DNA of 64,000 nt from a candidate division FCPU426 bacterium. Lineage in GTDB: Bacteria > Oederibacteriota > Muellerivitia > Muellerivitales > Muellerivitaceae. The DNA lies in contig CAVRAL010000005.1 in NCBI GenBank assembly GCA_963719085.1, forward strand, positions 32,001 through 96,000. Direction: 5' to 3'. A program made the position numbers and the translations under genes. Position 1 is the stretch's first letter. Every line of letters starts with the position of its first letter. Shown one piece after another: positions 54,658 to 64,000 of this stretch. The notes below the pieces were generated by a model. That model was not told the DNA's origin and made no database searches. It saw nothing but the letters and a program-made list of their open reading frames with translations.

Positions 54658-55368
54658 TCACCAGCTGGAACATTGGTTATGAAGCGTCACGTAGTTTTGA
54701 TAGGTGTCCAGCTGGCCCTGCTCGTCCGCCACTTCCTGCCTAAACTGCTGGAAAATCGGGTCGAGGACCGAAGAAATCTCCTGATCCAGTTGGGCTTTCC
54801 CAGCCTCATAAGACGCGGCCGTCACAGCGTGATCGTGATCGGAAAAAGCCGGGTTCTTCTCAAGCGCTTGCCGCAGGATCTGCTGATACTTCAGGTAAAG
54901 CCGCCGGTGGATCGCCACATGGTCGTTCTCGTGGCTGAGCGTCACTTGGTAGGCACAGGTGCCTTCACCATAATCCCTGGTCACATAAACCGCCAAAGAC
55001 TTATAGGCGAAATGAACCGTCACCTGTTCCAGCCACAGGGAATATTTCGAGCTAAACCAAGAATGGTCATAATCCAGCTGATAGCTGGAATCCAAAGTAA
55101 AGTCCGCCACGGTCAAACCTGAAATCCGGCCGTCCTCTGAGGACTGCCCGTCCGACTTTAAGGCTCCAATCTCGTCGTTGCCCAGCTCATGATGATAAAC
55201 CGGATCCGCGAAACTAAAGTCATAACGGATCAAGGCGCCCGACGAGGGCGTCTGACCCAGATCCGCCGGCTCCTGGGCCTGGACTTGGTTTCGCTCATAA
55301 ACCAAAAAGGCGAAGAAGCCGGCCACAAAAATCCCCGCGGCGAGAATGAAATGAAGGCCCCTAGGCAA
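54658..55368 (-). CDS. Exported protein with HExxH, putative Zn peptidase
   Basis: N-terminal TM; LSHENDH motif. Confidence 0.6.
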   Translation of the reverse strand: MPRGLHFILAAGIFVAGFFAFLVYERNQVQAQEPADLGQTPSSGALIRYDFSFADPVYHHELGNDEIGALKSDGQSSEDGRISGLTVADFTLDSSYQLDYDHSWFSSKYSLWLEQVTVHFAYKSLAVYVTRDYGEGTCAYQVTLSHENDHVAIHRRLYLKYQQILRQALEKNPAFSDHDHAVTAASYEAGKAQLDQEISSVLDPIFQQFRQEVADEQGQLDTYQNYVTLHNQCSSW

Positions 55369-56119
55369 GCGCGCCCTCTTTCCATAAGGCGATGCCTCCC
55401 AATAGACCGGCCTGGTTGGAAACCACTTTCATGTTTTTATCGAGCTTAAAATCCAAATGAGTGGCGTTGCCTCCGCCGATATAGATCCAGTCATAGTTGA
55501 CCAGGGTCCGCAATTGATCCAGGGCGCGGCGCACGCGCCGGTTCCATTTCTTTTTTCCTTTTTGGAGAAGGACCTTATCCCCGATATATTCATTATAGGT
55601 TTTATCATCGCGCGCCGGATGCTGGGCCAGTTCCAAGTGCGGCATCAGTTGGCCGTTTCTAAAAAGAGCGGTCCCAACGCCCGTTCCCAAGGTCACCACC
55701 AGTTCCAATCCTTTTCCCTGAATGACGGCCAGCCCCTGCATATCGGCGTCATTGAGAATTCGGGCCGGTTTACCCCACTTTTTTTGAAGGGTTTCGGCCA
55801 AGGGGAAGCGGCTCCAAACCTCGTTTCCAAAATGAGGCGCTGTGATGATGAGTCCATCCCGAACCACGCCGGGAAACCCAACCGAAACCCGGTCGAACGC
55901 GGGCAGGGGTTTTATTAACTGGGAGAGGGTTTCCACCATGACCTTCGGCGAACAGGGATAAGGCGTTTCCACCCGGACCCGTTCAACCTCCATGGCGCCC
56001 TTGGCGTCCAAAACGGATGCCTTTAAGCCCGTGCCCCCGATATCAATGGCCAGGGTATGGGGCCCGGCGAAAGGCTTGGGTGATTTGGGGATCGTCGACG
56101 GCTTTTCGGAAGAAGGCAT
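55361..56119 (-). CDS. ROK family kinase, polyphosphate-glucokinase-like
   Basis: DIGGTGLK, GFPG, NDAD, TLGTGVG, ELAQH, IGGGN. Confidence 0.85.
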   Translation of the reverse strand: MPSSEKPSTIPKSPKPFAGPHTLAIDIGGTGLKASVLDAKGAMEVERVRVETPYPCSPKVMVETLSQLIKPLPAFDRVSVGFPGVVRDGLIITAPHFGNEVWSRFPLAETLQKKWGKPARILNDADMQGLAVIQGKGLELVVTLGTGVGTALFRNGQLMPHLELAQHPARDDKTYNEYIGDKVLLQKGKKKWNRRVRRALDQLRTLVNYDWIYIGGGNATHLDFKLDKNMKVVSNQAGLLGGIALWKEGALA

Positions 56120-56285
56120 AGGGTTCCTCGCGCGAATGATTTTCCCTATGGTAGCCCAACCCAAATAAAAGAGGGAGGCCTTCCGGCCCCCCTCTTAACC
56201 GAGCGGATCCCCCCCCGGCGGCACTGCGCCCCAACCGCCGTTTCCGCGTTAACCTGTTAAAACCTGAAACTTTGGTTACCTCTTT

Positions 56286-56690
56286 TTACCTTTTTAAACC
56301 AGCCACCGCTTCATACCGCCAAGACACCCGATCCCCTTCCCGAAGGTGAAACTGAAAGGCGGGTATCGGCCCCTTCTTGCCATTCACTGAATAAAGCCAA
56401 AAACGTCCGTTTTTTTTGTCGCAAACCACCCCGCCGATCGCTAATACATCCTTGGCGTTGCAACAAACCACTCCTTGTTTAACCAAAACCACATTCCGGG
56501 TTGCTTCCACTACCGTGCTTCCCGGATTGATGGAAACTTTTTGACGTATCAATGGTTTTCCTGCAGGCCCGTAATCGATGTCCACTTCGACGCCCATCTT
56601 TCCCGCCGGGGCGCCCTGGACTGAATGAAAATTTCCAAGGGTCAAAACCGTCATCATAAGAACAATTTTCCAGTTCCCGTTCATTTTCAA
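56286..56690 (-). CDS. Secreted DUF4430 / transcobalamin-C-terminal-like protein
   Basis: FWLYSVNG..L.EGD.VSW motif; downstream of btuB. Confidence 0.7.
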   Translation of the reverse strand: MKMNGNWKIVLMMTVLTLGNFHSVQGAPAGKMGVEVDIDYGPAGKPLIRQKVSINPGSTVVEATRNVVLVKQGVVCCNAKDVLAIGGVVCDKKNGRFWLYSVNGKKGPIPAFQFHLREGDRVSWRYEAVAGLKR

Positions 56691-58684
56691 AGCGAAACTT
56701 TAATTCCGCCGTAGGCCGAAAGTCCGGGAGTCCTGTAACCCAAGACTTCCTCGTAGGATTGGTCGAAAAGATTGTCCACTCGGGCGAATAATTTCACTTG
56801 ATCGTCCAATTGGAAGGAACCGCGCAGGTTGACCAAAAGGTAAGCCGGCATGGTCACCAAGCTGGAGGTGTTGAAATCCTCATCCAACCGGGTTCCCACA
56901 TAATCCAGTGAGCCGCCCAATTCGAATTTTCCAAATTGGTAGGACCCGTCTAAGTCGCCTTGGTGCGCCGGACGGCGAATCAGGGGTAATCCCGCGTCTA
57001 GATCACTGGGGCTCGTGGAAAGGTCTTCGCTGTCAAGATAGGTATAGTCAACCTTCAGCTGTAAATTTCGTACTCCCACCAATTCCAAGAAAGCCTCCAC
57101 CCCTTGGGTGCGGGCCAAGGCCACATTGATGTACTGAAAGGTCAAAGGATCCGAACCGAAAAGATTGGTGTAATCATCGTGATAAAAGGTGGCACCGGCC
57201 TTGAAAAGCCCCAGGGGCTGTTCAATCCCGAAATCAACCCCGGCGTTGGTTTCTGGCCGAAGGGAAGGATTTCCGTAAGAAGGGTCGTAAAGCTGGTATA
57301 AGTTCGGCGCTTCAAAACCCGTTCCCACATTGGCCGTCAACTTGGTTTCCGGTCCCGGCACAAAATAAGCCGCCCCAGCCTGGAAAGTCGCGTGGGTTCC
57401 GAACTGGTTGTGCGCGTCCACCCGCCCGCCTAGATTCAGGAAAAACCTGTCCGCGGCCTTTGTCTGACTCTGCAGGAAGGCACTGGCCATTTCAGCGTTG
57501 GCGGAAACATAATCCGAATAGGTGGCGTCATTGACGTAGCCCCACTCCTTATAACCCTCGACACCCAACACCAGAGTCTCCTCGGGAGCCAGCCTCAGGT
57601 TGTTCTGCCAGGTCACCTTGGCCATTTGCCCATCGTAATTCTCAGTCGAATCGGACGAGGCGGAATAGGCCGCGTCGAATTTGTCCGTGTAGACACGGTT
57701 GTCGTCGACAAAGGATATTCCCAGGACCTGTTCCCAATCCCCCAGGGTCAGCTTAGATTGACTGCCCAGGGTCAATTGTTTTTGATCGGCGAAGTAGTTG
57801 GGGTCCGCCCCGCCCACTCCCGCGTACTGCAAAATATTCGTGTGGGATTGGCTGTAACGCGCCACGAGGTCGGTCGTGAGGTTCGATACCGGGGACGCGC
57901 CCACCTTCAAAAGGCCGCTGGTGTCCTGGTCCGGATTGTTCAAAGTATCCCCAGTGGATTGATCCCCGTTGGGAAAACCATCGGTGTCAAAACGGGAAGC
58001 GGTTAGCGAAAAATTAGCTTCCGCGTCACCACCCTGGGCCGAAGCCTGCTCTTGGAAAGTCCCGTAAGAACCGCCGTCAAATAACAGCGACCCGCTCAGA
58101 GGACCGTTTCCATTACGGGTGATAATATTCACCACGCCCGCCATCGCGGCGGAGCCGTAAAGAGCGCTTTGCGGCCCGCGGACCACCTCAATTTGTTGGA
58201 CGCCGTCCAAGGACAGCTGATCCAAATAATCGTAGGACCTGGAAGCGTCAATCGGATTGTTCAACGGAATCCCATCCATCATGACCAAAGTGGAGTCGTC
58301 GTTTCCCCCCCGGGTGTAGAGCGAAGTAGTCTCGCCGGGCCCGCCGGTCTGGGCCATATGCATTCCCGGAACGTCCTGCAATGCGTCAAAAACAGTGGCA
58401 TCTTGTTTTTGCTCGAAATCTTTGGCCGTCAAAACGGTCAAGGAACCGGTAACCTGGCTGGCCGGCGTATCCAGCCGATTCGCGGTGACCACCACCGGCT
58501 CCAAGGTGGTCTTATCGGCGGCGATCGTATTGGAAGAAGCTTCCGCCGGGAGAGAGCCAACGACGGTTTGAGTCATGGTTGAACTAGGCGTCAATTGCGG
58601 CAAGGTGTTTTGAGCGAAAAGAACGGCGGGATAAAACAGGAAAAAACCAAAAAAATAACGGCAAAAACGGCTGAATTGAGTCAT
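56687..58684 (-). CDS. btuB: TonB-dependent cobalamin receptor
   Basis: VVVTANR, IEVVRGPQSALYG, RVDNLFD; riboswitch upstream. Confidence 0.88.
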   Translation of the reverse strand: MTQFSRFCRYFFGFFLFYPAVLFAQNTLPQLTPSSTMTQTVVGSLPAEASSNTIAADKTTLEPVVVTANRLDTPASQVTGSLTVLTAKDFEQKQDATVFDALQDVPGMHMAQTGGPGETTSLYTRGGNDDSTLVMMDGIPLNNPIDASRSYDYLDQLSLDGVQQIEVVRGPQSALYGSAAMAGVVNIITRNGNGPLSGSLLFDGGSYGTFQEQASAQGGDAEANFSLTASRFDTDGFPNGDQSTGDTLNNPDQDTSGLLKVGASPVSNLTTDLVARYSQSHTNILQYAGVGGADPNYFADQKQLTLGSQSKLTLGDWEQVLGISFVDDNRVYTDKFDAAYSASSDSTENYDGQMAKVTWQNNLRLAPEETLVLGVEGYKEWGYVNDATYSDYVSANAEMASAFLQSQTKAADRFFLNLGGRVDAHNQFGTHATFQAGAAYFVPGPETKLTANVGTGFEAPNLYQLYDPSYGNPSLRPETNAGVDFGIEQPLGLFKAGATFYHDDYTNLFGSDPLTFQYINVALARTQGVEAFLELVGVRNLQLKVDYTYLDSEDLSTSPSDLDAGLPLIRRPAHQGDLDGSYQFGKFELGGSLDYVGTRLDEDFNTSSLVTMPAYLLVNLRGSFQLDDQVKLFARVDNLFDQSYEEVLGYRTPGLSAYGGIKVSL

Positions 58685-58789
58685 GGCCCACTCCCCGAGG
58701 CAGAATTGGCTTAAACGGGAGCTCGAACGGAGGGACCTTCGAAAGAAGGCATTACTCCGCTTCTTACACCCGAAGAAGCATCAACAACG

Positions 58790-58943
58790 CTCAAGGCCGG
58801 TCTCCTGACTTGGGAATCTGACGTTCGCCTTCCCGGGCTTTCACCCAGTGGCCGCCTCATTGAAGAGGCCTGAACGGTAGAATTGCTTCCCTTACAGTGG
58901 CGGGTCCGCGCCGGATTCTCACCGGCTTCCCGATCACCTTGAG
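58790..58943 (-). ncRNA. Cobalamin riboswitch
   Basis: gggaagccggtgagaatccggcgcggacccgccactgt, gccactg..gggaagg, and B12 box aagtcaggagaccggcc on the minus strand. Confidence 0.95.
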
Positions 58944-58981
58944 TTGTGCGTACTTAATACCTGCCTTTTCAAAAACTGTCA

Positions 58982-59172
58982 ACGGAATTTAAATCCTCTA
59001 ATAAAAATTAATTTCACAATGATAAATGCTGATGAAGACTGATATTTGAAAAACACAAAATCAGACCCCATCAGCCTCCGCATCGCTTTTCCATATAACC
59101 GTTAGGGGAAAGCGATATTGTCCCGGGCATCTTTCACTTTGATATGGAATCCCGGGACATCAATGATTCCGT
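58982..59172 (+). repeat. Nested copy with acggaat..attccgt ends and the 79-bp insert (59079-59157)
   Basis: Closest to the 53417 copy, but ~31 bp shorter on the right between two tcaatg repeats. Confidence 0.85.
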
Positions 59173-60042
59173 TTAATTTTGGGACTCGTCAAATATTTTC
59201 GAAAGATATTCCGCCAGCCCCACCATGGTAGGACCGGGAATGAGAAACTCATCTTGTTTCAGGAAATAAATATGGTTTTCGCGCACAGCCTTCAAAGAAG
59301 GCAGGGTGGCCCACGCCTCTTTCGCTTTAGCGATGGTGTCCCCCGTCGCCTCATCGCTGGGCATGGAATCCACGATCACGTCCGGATCACGCTTGATCAA
59401 TTGTTCTTTGGAAACCAAAGGAAAAGCAATGGCGGTTCCGGTCAGAACATTACGTCCCCCGGACAAGGCGATAATTTCCCCCACAAAACAGTGGTCTCCC
59501 GCCGCGTAAATCCGCTGGAGCTCACCCACGTTGTGCCCCACGACGAAAAGAATCGTCACCGGCTTCCGGGCCCCCGCGTGTTTTCGGACCCGATCCAACC
59601 GCGCCTGCAGTTTTTGTTTAGCCGCCCGGGCCCGGACTTCACACCCCAAGGTTTTCCCCAAGCGATCGTAGGTATCAAAAATATCCTGGAGGCTGGAATT
59701 GTTTTGGACTAACACCGGAATTCCCAGCTTTTTAAAACTTTGAATCGTTTGACCGTAAAAAGGAACCAACAAAACCAAATCAGGCCTGAGCGAAACGATC
59801 GTCTCAAAGTTAGGATTAAAAAAACCGCCCACCTTCGTTTTCTTTTGCGCCTCCGGGGGAAACTTACAAAAATCAGTGACGCCGATCAACTGATCTTGCG
59901 CGCCGATGTCATAAATAATCTCGGTAAAATGAGGCGACATGGAAATAACCCTTTGGGGAATGGGGCTAGCCGCTCCCGCGGGCAGAATCCAAGCGCTCAT
60001 CCACCCCAAAATAAATAGTCCCATTCTTAGTCTCATCGCCAT
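59173..60042 (-). CDS. btuF: Cobalamin-binding periplasmic protein
   Basis: RVISMSP..TE, E.IVSLRPD, PGP; context. Confidence 0.85.
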   Translation of the reverse strand: MAMRLRMGLFILGWMSAWILPAGAASPIPQRVISMSPHFTEIIYDIGAQDQLIGVTDFCKFPPEAQKKTKVGGFFNPNFETIVSLRPDLVLLVPFYGQTIQSFKKLGIPVLVQNNSSLQDIFDTYDRLGKTLGCEVRARAAKQKLQARLDRVRKHAGARKPVTILFVVGHNVGELQRIYAAGDHCFVGEIIALSGGRNVLTGTAIAFPLVSKEQLIKRDPDVIVDSMPSDEATGDTIAKAKEAWATLPSLKAVRENHIYFLKQDEFLIPGPTMVGLAEYLSKIFDESQN

Positions 60043-60048
60043 TCCTTT

Positions 60049-60696
60049 TTACGAAGCGTCCATAACTTTCAATACGGCCTTCCCCACCAACTCCGCCAAA
60101 ACCGTATGTTTGCCGGCGTAAACCCGTACACCTTTCCCAACTGGGCAAGCTATTGTCACACAATCGGTCCCGGTTCCCGTAGCCGGGGCCCCCGTGGCGC
60201 GGCTTTTCACCTTGAGGTCCAACACGGCCAAGGTTCTGGCTTCCGTGGCGATTTGGAGAATCTCGAAAAGCGTAGGCAAGGCCAAAGACTTGGAAACCCA
60301 GATCAATAAATTAATCGTCCCGACTTTTTTAGAATCGTGGGCGGTCTTTTCGCCCACCCGGACCGCGTTGGAAAAGCCAGCGGTTCCCGCCGCGAAAACC
60401 GTCCAGCCCTTTTTCGACAGGATCACCTTTTTAAATTTCCGGATATCGCCGCTGGTCATTTGACCTACTACATTGCCGGGCAGGTTCAACCGCCTCGATT
60501 CCCGCCTTAAGGTTTGGGCCGGCGGCTCCAAATCCTTGCGCAGTTTACGGGCTTCTTTCACTTGGAGATTCATCCAGGACCGGGCCACGGTGATTCCCCC
60601 GCCCAAAGGCGCCCAACCAATGGCCCGGGACAATCCAGGCAACCGAACCGTTAAGGCGTCACCTTGAAGCGAAATGCCGGGCAATTTTATTTTCAT
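60049..60696 (-). CDS. cbiZ: Adenosylcobinamide amidohydrolase
   Basis: TAGFSN, GTIN, ATEA, ATGTGTD, YAGKHT; TAATG coupling to cbiB. Confidence 0.88.
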   Translation of the reverse strand: MKIKLPGISLQGDALTVRLPGLSRAIGWAPLGGGITVARSWMNLQVKEARKLRKDLEPPAQTLRRESRRLNLPGNVVGQMTSGDIRKFKKVILSKKGWTVFAAGTAGFSNAVRVGEKTAHDSKKVGTINLLIWVSKSLALPTLFEILQIATEARTLAVLDLKVKSRATGAPATGTGTDCVTIACPVGKGVRVYAGKHTVLAELVGKAVLKVMDAS

Positions 60697-61658
60697 TAAA
60701 ACAGCATCCCCGTTCCGATCAAATAGGCCAAGGTTACACCCGCCCCCGTCCAAAGCAAGCGAACCGCCAAGCCAATATCCCGGGGTCCACAAGGCCGCCC
60801 GGAGGCATTCAACAGCGCCTGGCGGTGTGCCTTTCCGCCATAAAAGTTAGTCCCTCCCAACTTCACACCCAAAGTCCCGGCGAAAGCCGCTTCCCCATGG
60901 GCGGCGTTAGGGCTTAAGTGTTTCAACCGATCTTGTCCAAAAGCCCGGACTAATCCCGTAAAAGATAATCCGGACAAAAAAGACGCCGGCGCCAAAACCA
61001 AAAAACTCAGCCGGGCTGGAATAAAATTCATCGCGTCATCTAACCGGGCGGCGGCCCAGCCAAACTTCCGGTAAGGCGGCTCCGGATGGCCGATCATGGA
61101 ATCCCCTGTGCTCACCGCCTTGAAAAAATAAGCCGCCGCGGGCCCGCCCCAAAAACCCCAAAAAACCGGGGATAGAAATCCATCCACAAAACTCTCGCCA
61201 ATGGTCTCCACCGCCGCCCTTGAAACTTCAGACGCCGAAAGCTTTCCGGTGTCGCGCCCCACCACCCGCGCCAAAAGTCTTCGGGCCCGGCCCAAACGCT
61301 TTTGGGCCAGGCTTTCTTGAATTTGAAGCGCCTCATCCGACAAACCCCGGACGGATAGGCACCAATAAAAGAGAAAGGCTTCCAAACATACCCGTCCCAC
61401 ACCTGATAAGGGAATGAGAAGCATCAAACCAGGGATCAACCCGGAAATTCCACCCACCGCGAGTACGGTCAGAATCCCCGGAAACAGGCCCAAGTTTTTT
61501 TTACTTTTCCAGAAATTTTCCAACCAAGCGTAACCCCAACCCATCCAACGAGCCGGATGGGGCCAAGTTTCCCGGTCTCCCAGCCAAAAATCCAGCAAGA
61601 AGGCGCCGGCCAGAGCCAGGGCCTGCTCCCGGACCCACACCTCCAAAAAGTCAAACAT
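60696..61658 (-). CDS. cbiB: Adenosylcobinamide-phosphate synthase
   Basis: GD...HP, VGRDT, DSMIG, ARLDD..NFIPAR, SPNA. Confidence 0.92.
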   Translation of the reverse strand: MFDFLEVWVREQALALAGAFLLDFWLGDRETWPHPARWMGWGYAWLENFWKSKKNLGLFPGILTVLAVGGISGLIPGLMLLIPLSGVGRVCLEAFLFYWCLSVRGLSDEALQIQESLAQKRLGRARRLLARVVGRDTGKLSASEVSRAAVETIGESFVDGFLSPVFWGFWGGPAAAYFFKAVSTGDSMIGHPEPPYRKFGWAAARLDDAMNFIPARLSFLVLAPASFLSGLSFTGLVRAFGQDRLKHLSPNAAHGEAAFAGTLGVKLGGTNFYGGKAHRQALLNASGRPCGPRDIGLAVRLLWTGAGVTLAYLIGTGMLF

Positions 61659-62736
61659 GCTTTTTCAACGCGGCGACAAGCCTGTCGTTTTCCGTGGGCG
61701 TCCTTAATCCGACCCTAAAATAAGAAGTTCCCAAACCCGGATGCCGCCCCAGGCTTCGAATCAACAGCTTCTGGTCAATCAACAACCGGCTTAAAAGAGC
61801 GTCTGAGGAGAATCCCGCCGTCATTCCCTTAATCGTAAAGGCCGGAATCGGCGCGGGAAAAATTTCCAAGTTTTTAATTTCCGAAAGTTCGGCGAAGACC
61901 CGCTCTTTTTCTTTTTTGTTTTTGATCGAGGTCTCAGCGGCCCAAGCATCCAATTCAGCCAGATAAAGGCCCGCCGCTTGGGCAAAAGGCGATACGGTCC
62001 AAGGTGCCTGGGACTTTCGTAAAAGTTCGGCCAGTGAAGCCGGGGCCGCCATCCAACCCAGCCGCAGTCCCGGTGCCGCGTAGGCCTTGGAAAAAGACCT
62101 TAAAACCGCCAGGTTCGACGGCATGTCCGGCCCCGCCAGGCTATCCCGCGGGTCTTCTGAAATTTCCAAACAAGTCTCATCCACCATAAAAAAAGTCCCT
62201 GGATGATTTTCCATTGATTTGAGCAACCATTCTTTAGGCCAAGAGGTAAAAGGCGGGTTATTGGGCCTGGCTAAAATTACAAAATCGGGATTCTTAGCCA
62301 AGCCGTGCTCCCATTCATCACTCGGAAAGGCCCAGCCATCCCCGTCACGGGCCAAGATAAAAACCGGATCAATCCCCAAATTCCGAAGGGCGGGTTCGTA
62401 ATCTCCGTAAGTCGGGCCCAAAATGACCGCGCGGCGAGGCCGTAAAACGCGGGGGAGTAGATGGATAAACTCAGTCGTTCCCGCCCCTAAAAGAATACGA
62501 TCGGCCGGTATTTTCATTTTTTCGGAAATCTTATTTTGAAGGGTTTGGCCGGAAGCGGGATGCTTTAAAAAATCCCCGGTTTTTTCCGCCAAATACCCGG
62601 CCAACCCCGGCGGCGGGCCTTGGGGATTTAATAGATTTGAAAAATCGACAATCTCGCCCGGCGCGCAGCCAACCGCCTGAGCCGCCCCTTCCAAATCACC
62701 GCCATGTTCGAACTTCAGGGTTTGAGTAAGCCTCAC
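61651..62736 (-). CDS. cobD: Threonine-phosphate decarboxylase (class I/II PLP enzyme)
   Basis: HGG, DFS..NP, PNNP, RSFSK..PGLRLG; context. Confidence 0.82.
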   Translation of the reverse strand: MRLTQTLKFEHGGDLEGAAQAVGCAPGEIVDFSNLLNPQGPPPGLAGYLAEKTGDFLKHPASGQTLQNKISEKMKIPADRILLGAGTTEFIHLLPRVLRPRRAVILGPTYGDYEPALRNLGIDPVFILARDGDGWAFPSDEWEHGLAKNPDFVILARPNNPPFTSWPKEWLLKSMENHPGTFFMVDETCLEISEDPRDSLAGPDMPSNLAVLRSFSKAYAAPGLRLGWMAAPASLAELLRKSQAPWTVSPFAQAAGLYLAELDAWAAETSIKNKKEKERVFAELSEIKNLEIFPAPIPAFTIKGMTAGFSSDALLSRLLIDQKLLIRSLGRHPGLGTSYFRVGLRTPTENDRLVAALKKHV

Positions 62737-64000
62737 TTCAAAACCTCTTCGAGGCCGACAATCCGGTTAAGCCAGGCGGTATCCACATAGGCTTCAACCA
62801 TCTGAGCCAAGCGGTCATAATCAGCTTGTTTGGAAAAGCTTTCAGTTGAAACCACCGCATTTTTTCGTTTCGCTAAAAAGTTCAAGAGACCGGCCCGAAC
62901 CTCCTCGTTCTCAAAAAGGCCGTGCAGGATCGTACCCATCACATATCCGCGAACCGCGCCTTCCGCCTTTCCGGTCAATTTTTTATTCCGGGTCCGGATA
63001 TGAAAAAGCGGCTTTGTGCCTTTATCGACGATGACCTGGCCCGCGTGAATTTCATAAGCTTGAATCGACATTTTTAGACTCGGACCAAAAAAAGAACCAT
63101 TTTCCGAAACCGACGCTTCCACTTGGGCCGTTTGTTTTACATTTTCAAAATGGGTGGTCACCGGCAATAAAGAGAGCCCGGGCGTAACTGATTCATTGGT
63201 TTCGATGTGATGAAGGTCCTCGATCTCCCTCCCTAACATTTGATAGCCGCCGCAGATCCCCAAAATCGGCTGATCGGTCTTCATTCTCTCCTGAAGAACC
63301 GGCTCAAAACCTTTTTCCCGAAGCCATTGAAGGTCCGCCACTGTGGTTTTGGTTCCCGGAAGGATCACCAAATCCGCGCCCCTCAATTCTTCGGGCTTTT
63401 GCGCGTAAATGAGACTGACGGATTTTTCCCGTTCCAAGGGCTGAAAATCATCGAAATTCGAGATGTGGGGAAAACGAATGACGGCGATTCGCAAAACCGC
63501 GTCCCGGGAAAGCCCTCGGGGATTTTCAAGGGCGGTCGAGTCTTCTTCCGCCAGCGCGACTTGCGCGAGGTAAGGCAAGACACCCAATACAGGCAGGCCG
63601 GTTTTTTGCCTCAAAAAATCGAGGCCTGGCTTCAAGATTTCCAAGTTTCCGCGAAACTTGTTAATAAGAAGACCCTTCACCCGGACGCGGTCCTCCGAAC
63701 GCATTAATTCCAGCGTTCCCCACAGCGAGGCGAAAACTCCGCCTCGGTCAATATCCCCCACCAATAATACCGGCGCGTCCGCCAATTGAGCCGCGAAACC
63801 ATTGGCCAAATCCCGGGATTGAAGATTGACTTCAGCGGGGCTCCCGGCGCCTTCCAAAATCACCAGTTCATACCGGCGTCGAAGCCGCTCCAATGATTCG
63901 GCGATGACCGGCCGCAACCGTTCGGCGTAACCGTAATAGGCCTCCCCGGTCATGGACTCCACCGCCCTGCCCCGCGCCACGATCTGAACCCTTTGATCCG
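62733..64000 (-). CDS. cobQ: Cobyric acid synthase (5' end outside the window)
   Basis: EGAGSPAE, DIDRGGVFA, INKFRG, SNFDD, GICGGYQMLG. Confidence 0.95.
   Translation of the reverse strand, partial: DQRVQIVARGRAVESMTGEAYYGYAERLRPVIAESLERLRRRYELVILEGAGSPAEVNLQSRDLANGFAAQLADAPVLLVGDIDRGGVFASLWGTLELMRSEDRVRVKGLLINKFRGNLEILKPGLDFLRQKTGLPVLGVLPYLAQVALAEEDSTALENPRGLSRDAVLRIAVIRFPHISNFDDFQPLEREKSVSLIYAQKPEELRGADLVILPGTKTTVADLQWLREKGFEPVLQERMKTDQPILGICGGYQMLGREIEDLHHIETNESVTPGLSLLPVTTHFENVKQTAQVEASVSENGSFFGPSLKMSIQAYEIHAGQVIVDKGTKPLFHIRTRNKKLTGKAEGAVRGYVMGTILHGLFENEEVRAGLLNFLAKRKNAVVSTESFSKQADYDRLAQMVEAYVDTAWLNRIVGLEEVLK

Noticed and set aside
20320..59172. Dispersed palindromes as CRISPR repeats
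   Set aside because: Copies are kilobases apart and divergent, with no repeat-spacer array and no cas genes.

Overview
The window joins two unrelated genomes with no gap. Bases 1-~16840 are very AT-rich eukaryotic DNA with ~50-65 nt GT-AG introns, most consistent with a bdelloid rotifer (inference). They hold a frameshifted multi-exon KIF23/MKLP1 kinesin-6 gene, a two-exon F-box-like gene, a decayed LINE ORF1, a 1.4-kb foldback element and two hAT-type MITEs with 8-bp TSDs. From ~16841, a breakpoint inside bioF, the sequence is a gene-dense, much more GC-rich diderm bacterial chromosome. It carries fabG/fabF-like/GNAT/bioF, a membrane-anchored tandem Mrr-like protein, mazG, corA, asmA, recA, a ~25-kb phosphate/polyphosphate cluster (pit, DUF47, phoU, pstSCAB, porin, ppx, two thymidylate-kinase-fold genes, phoBR, ROK kinase) with recurring TT(T/A)ACA-N5-TTAACA boxes, and a cobamide salvage region with a cobalamin riboswitch. 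The most unusual signal is a nested family of intergenic palindromes in the bacterial part. A REP-like hairpin built from 10-bp GAT-core units occurs empty (2 copies), wrapped exactly around a GxxExxY nuclease-fold gene (1 copy), or carrying a 79-80 bp double-hairpin insert at the identical base (5 copies). Four of these copies also sit inside a further outer inverted repeat. All calls come from reading the sequence and from family knowledge; no searches were run.
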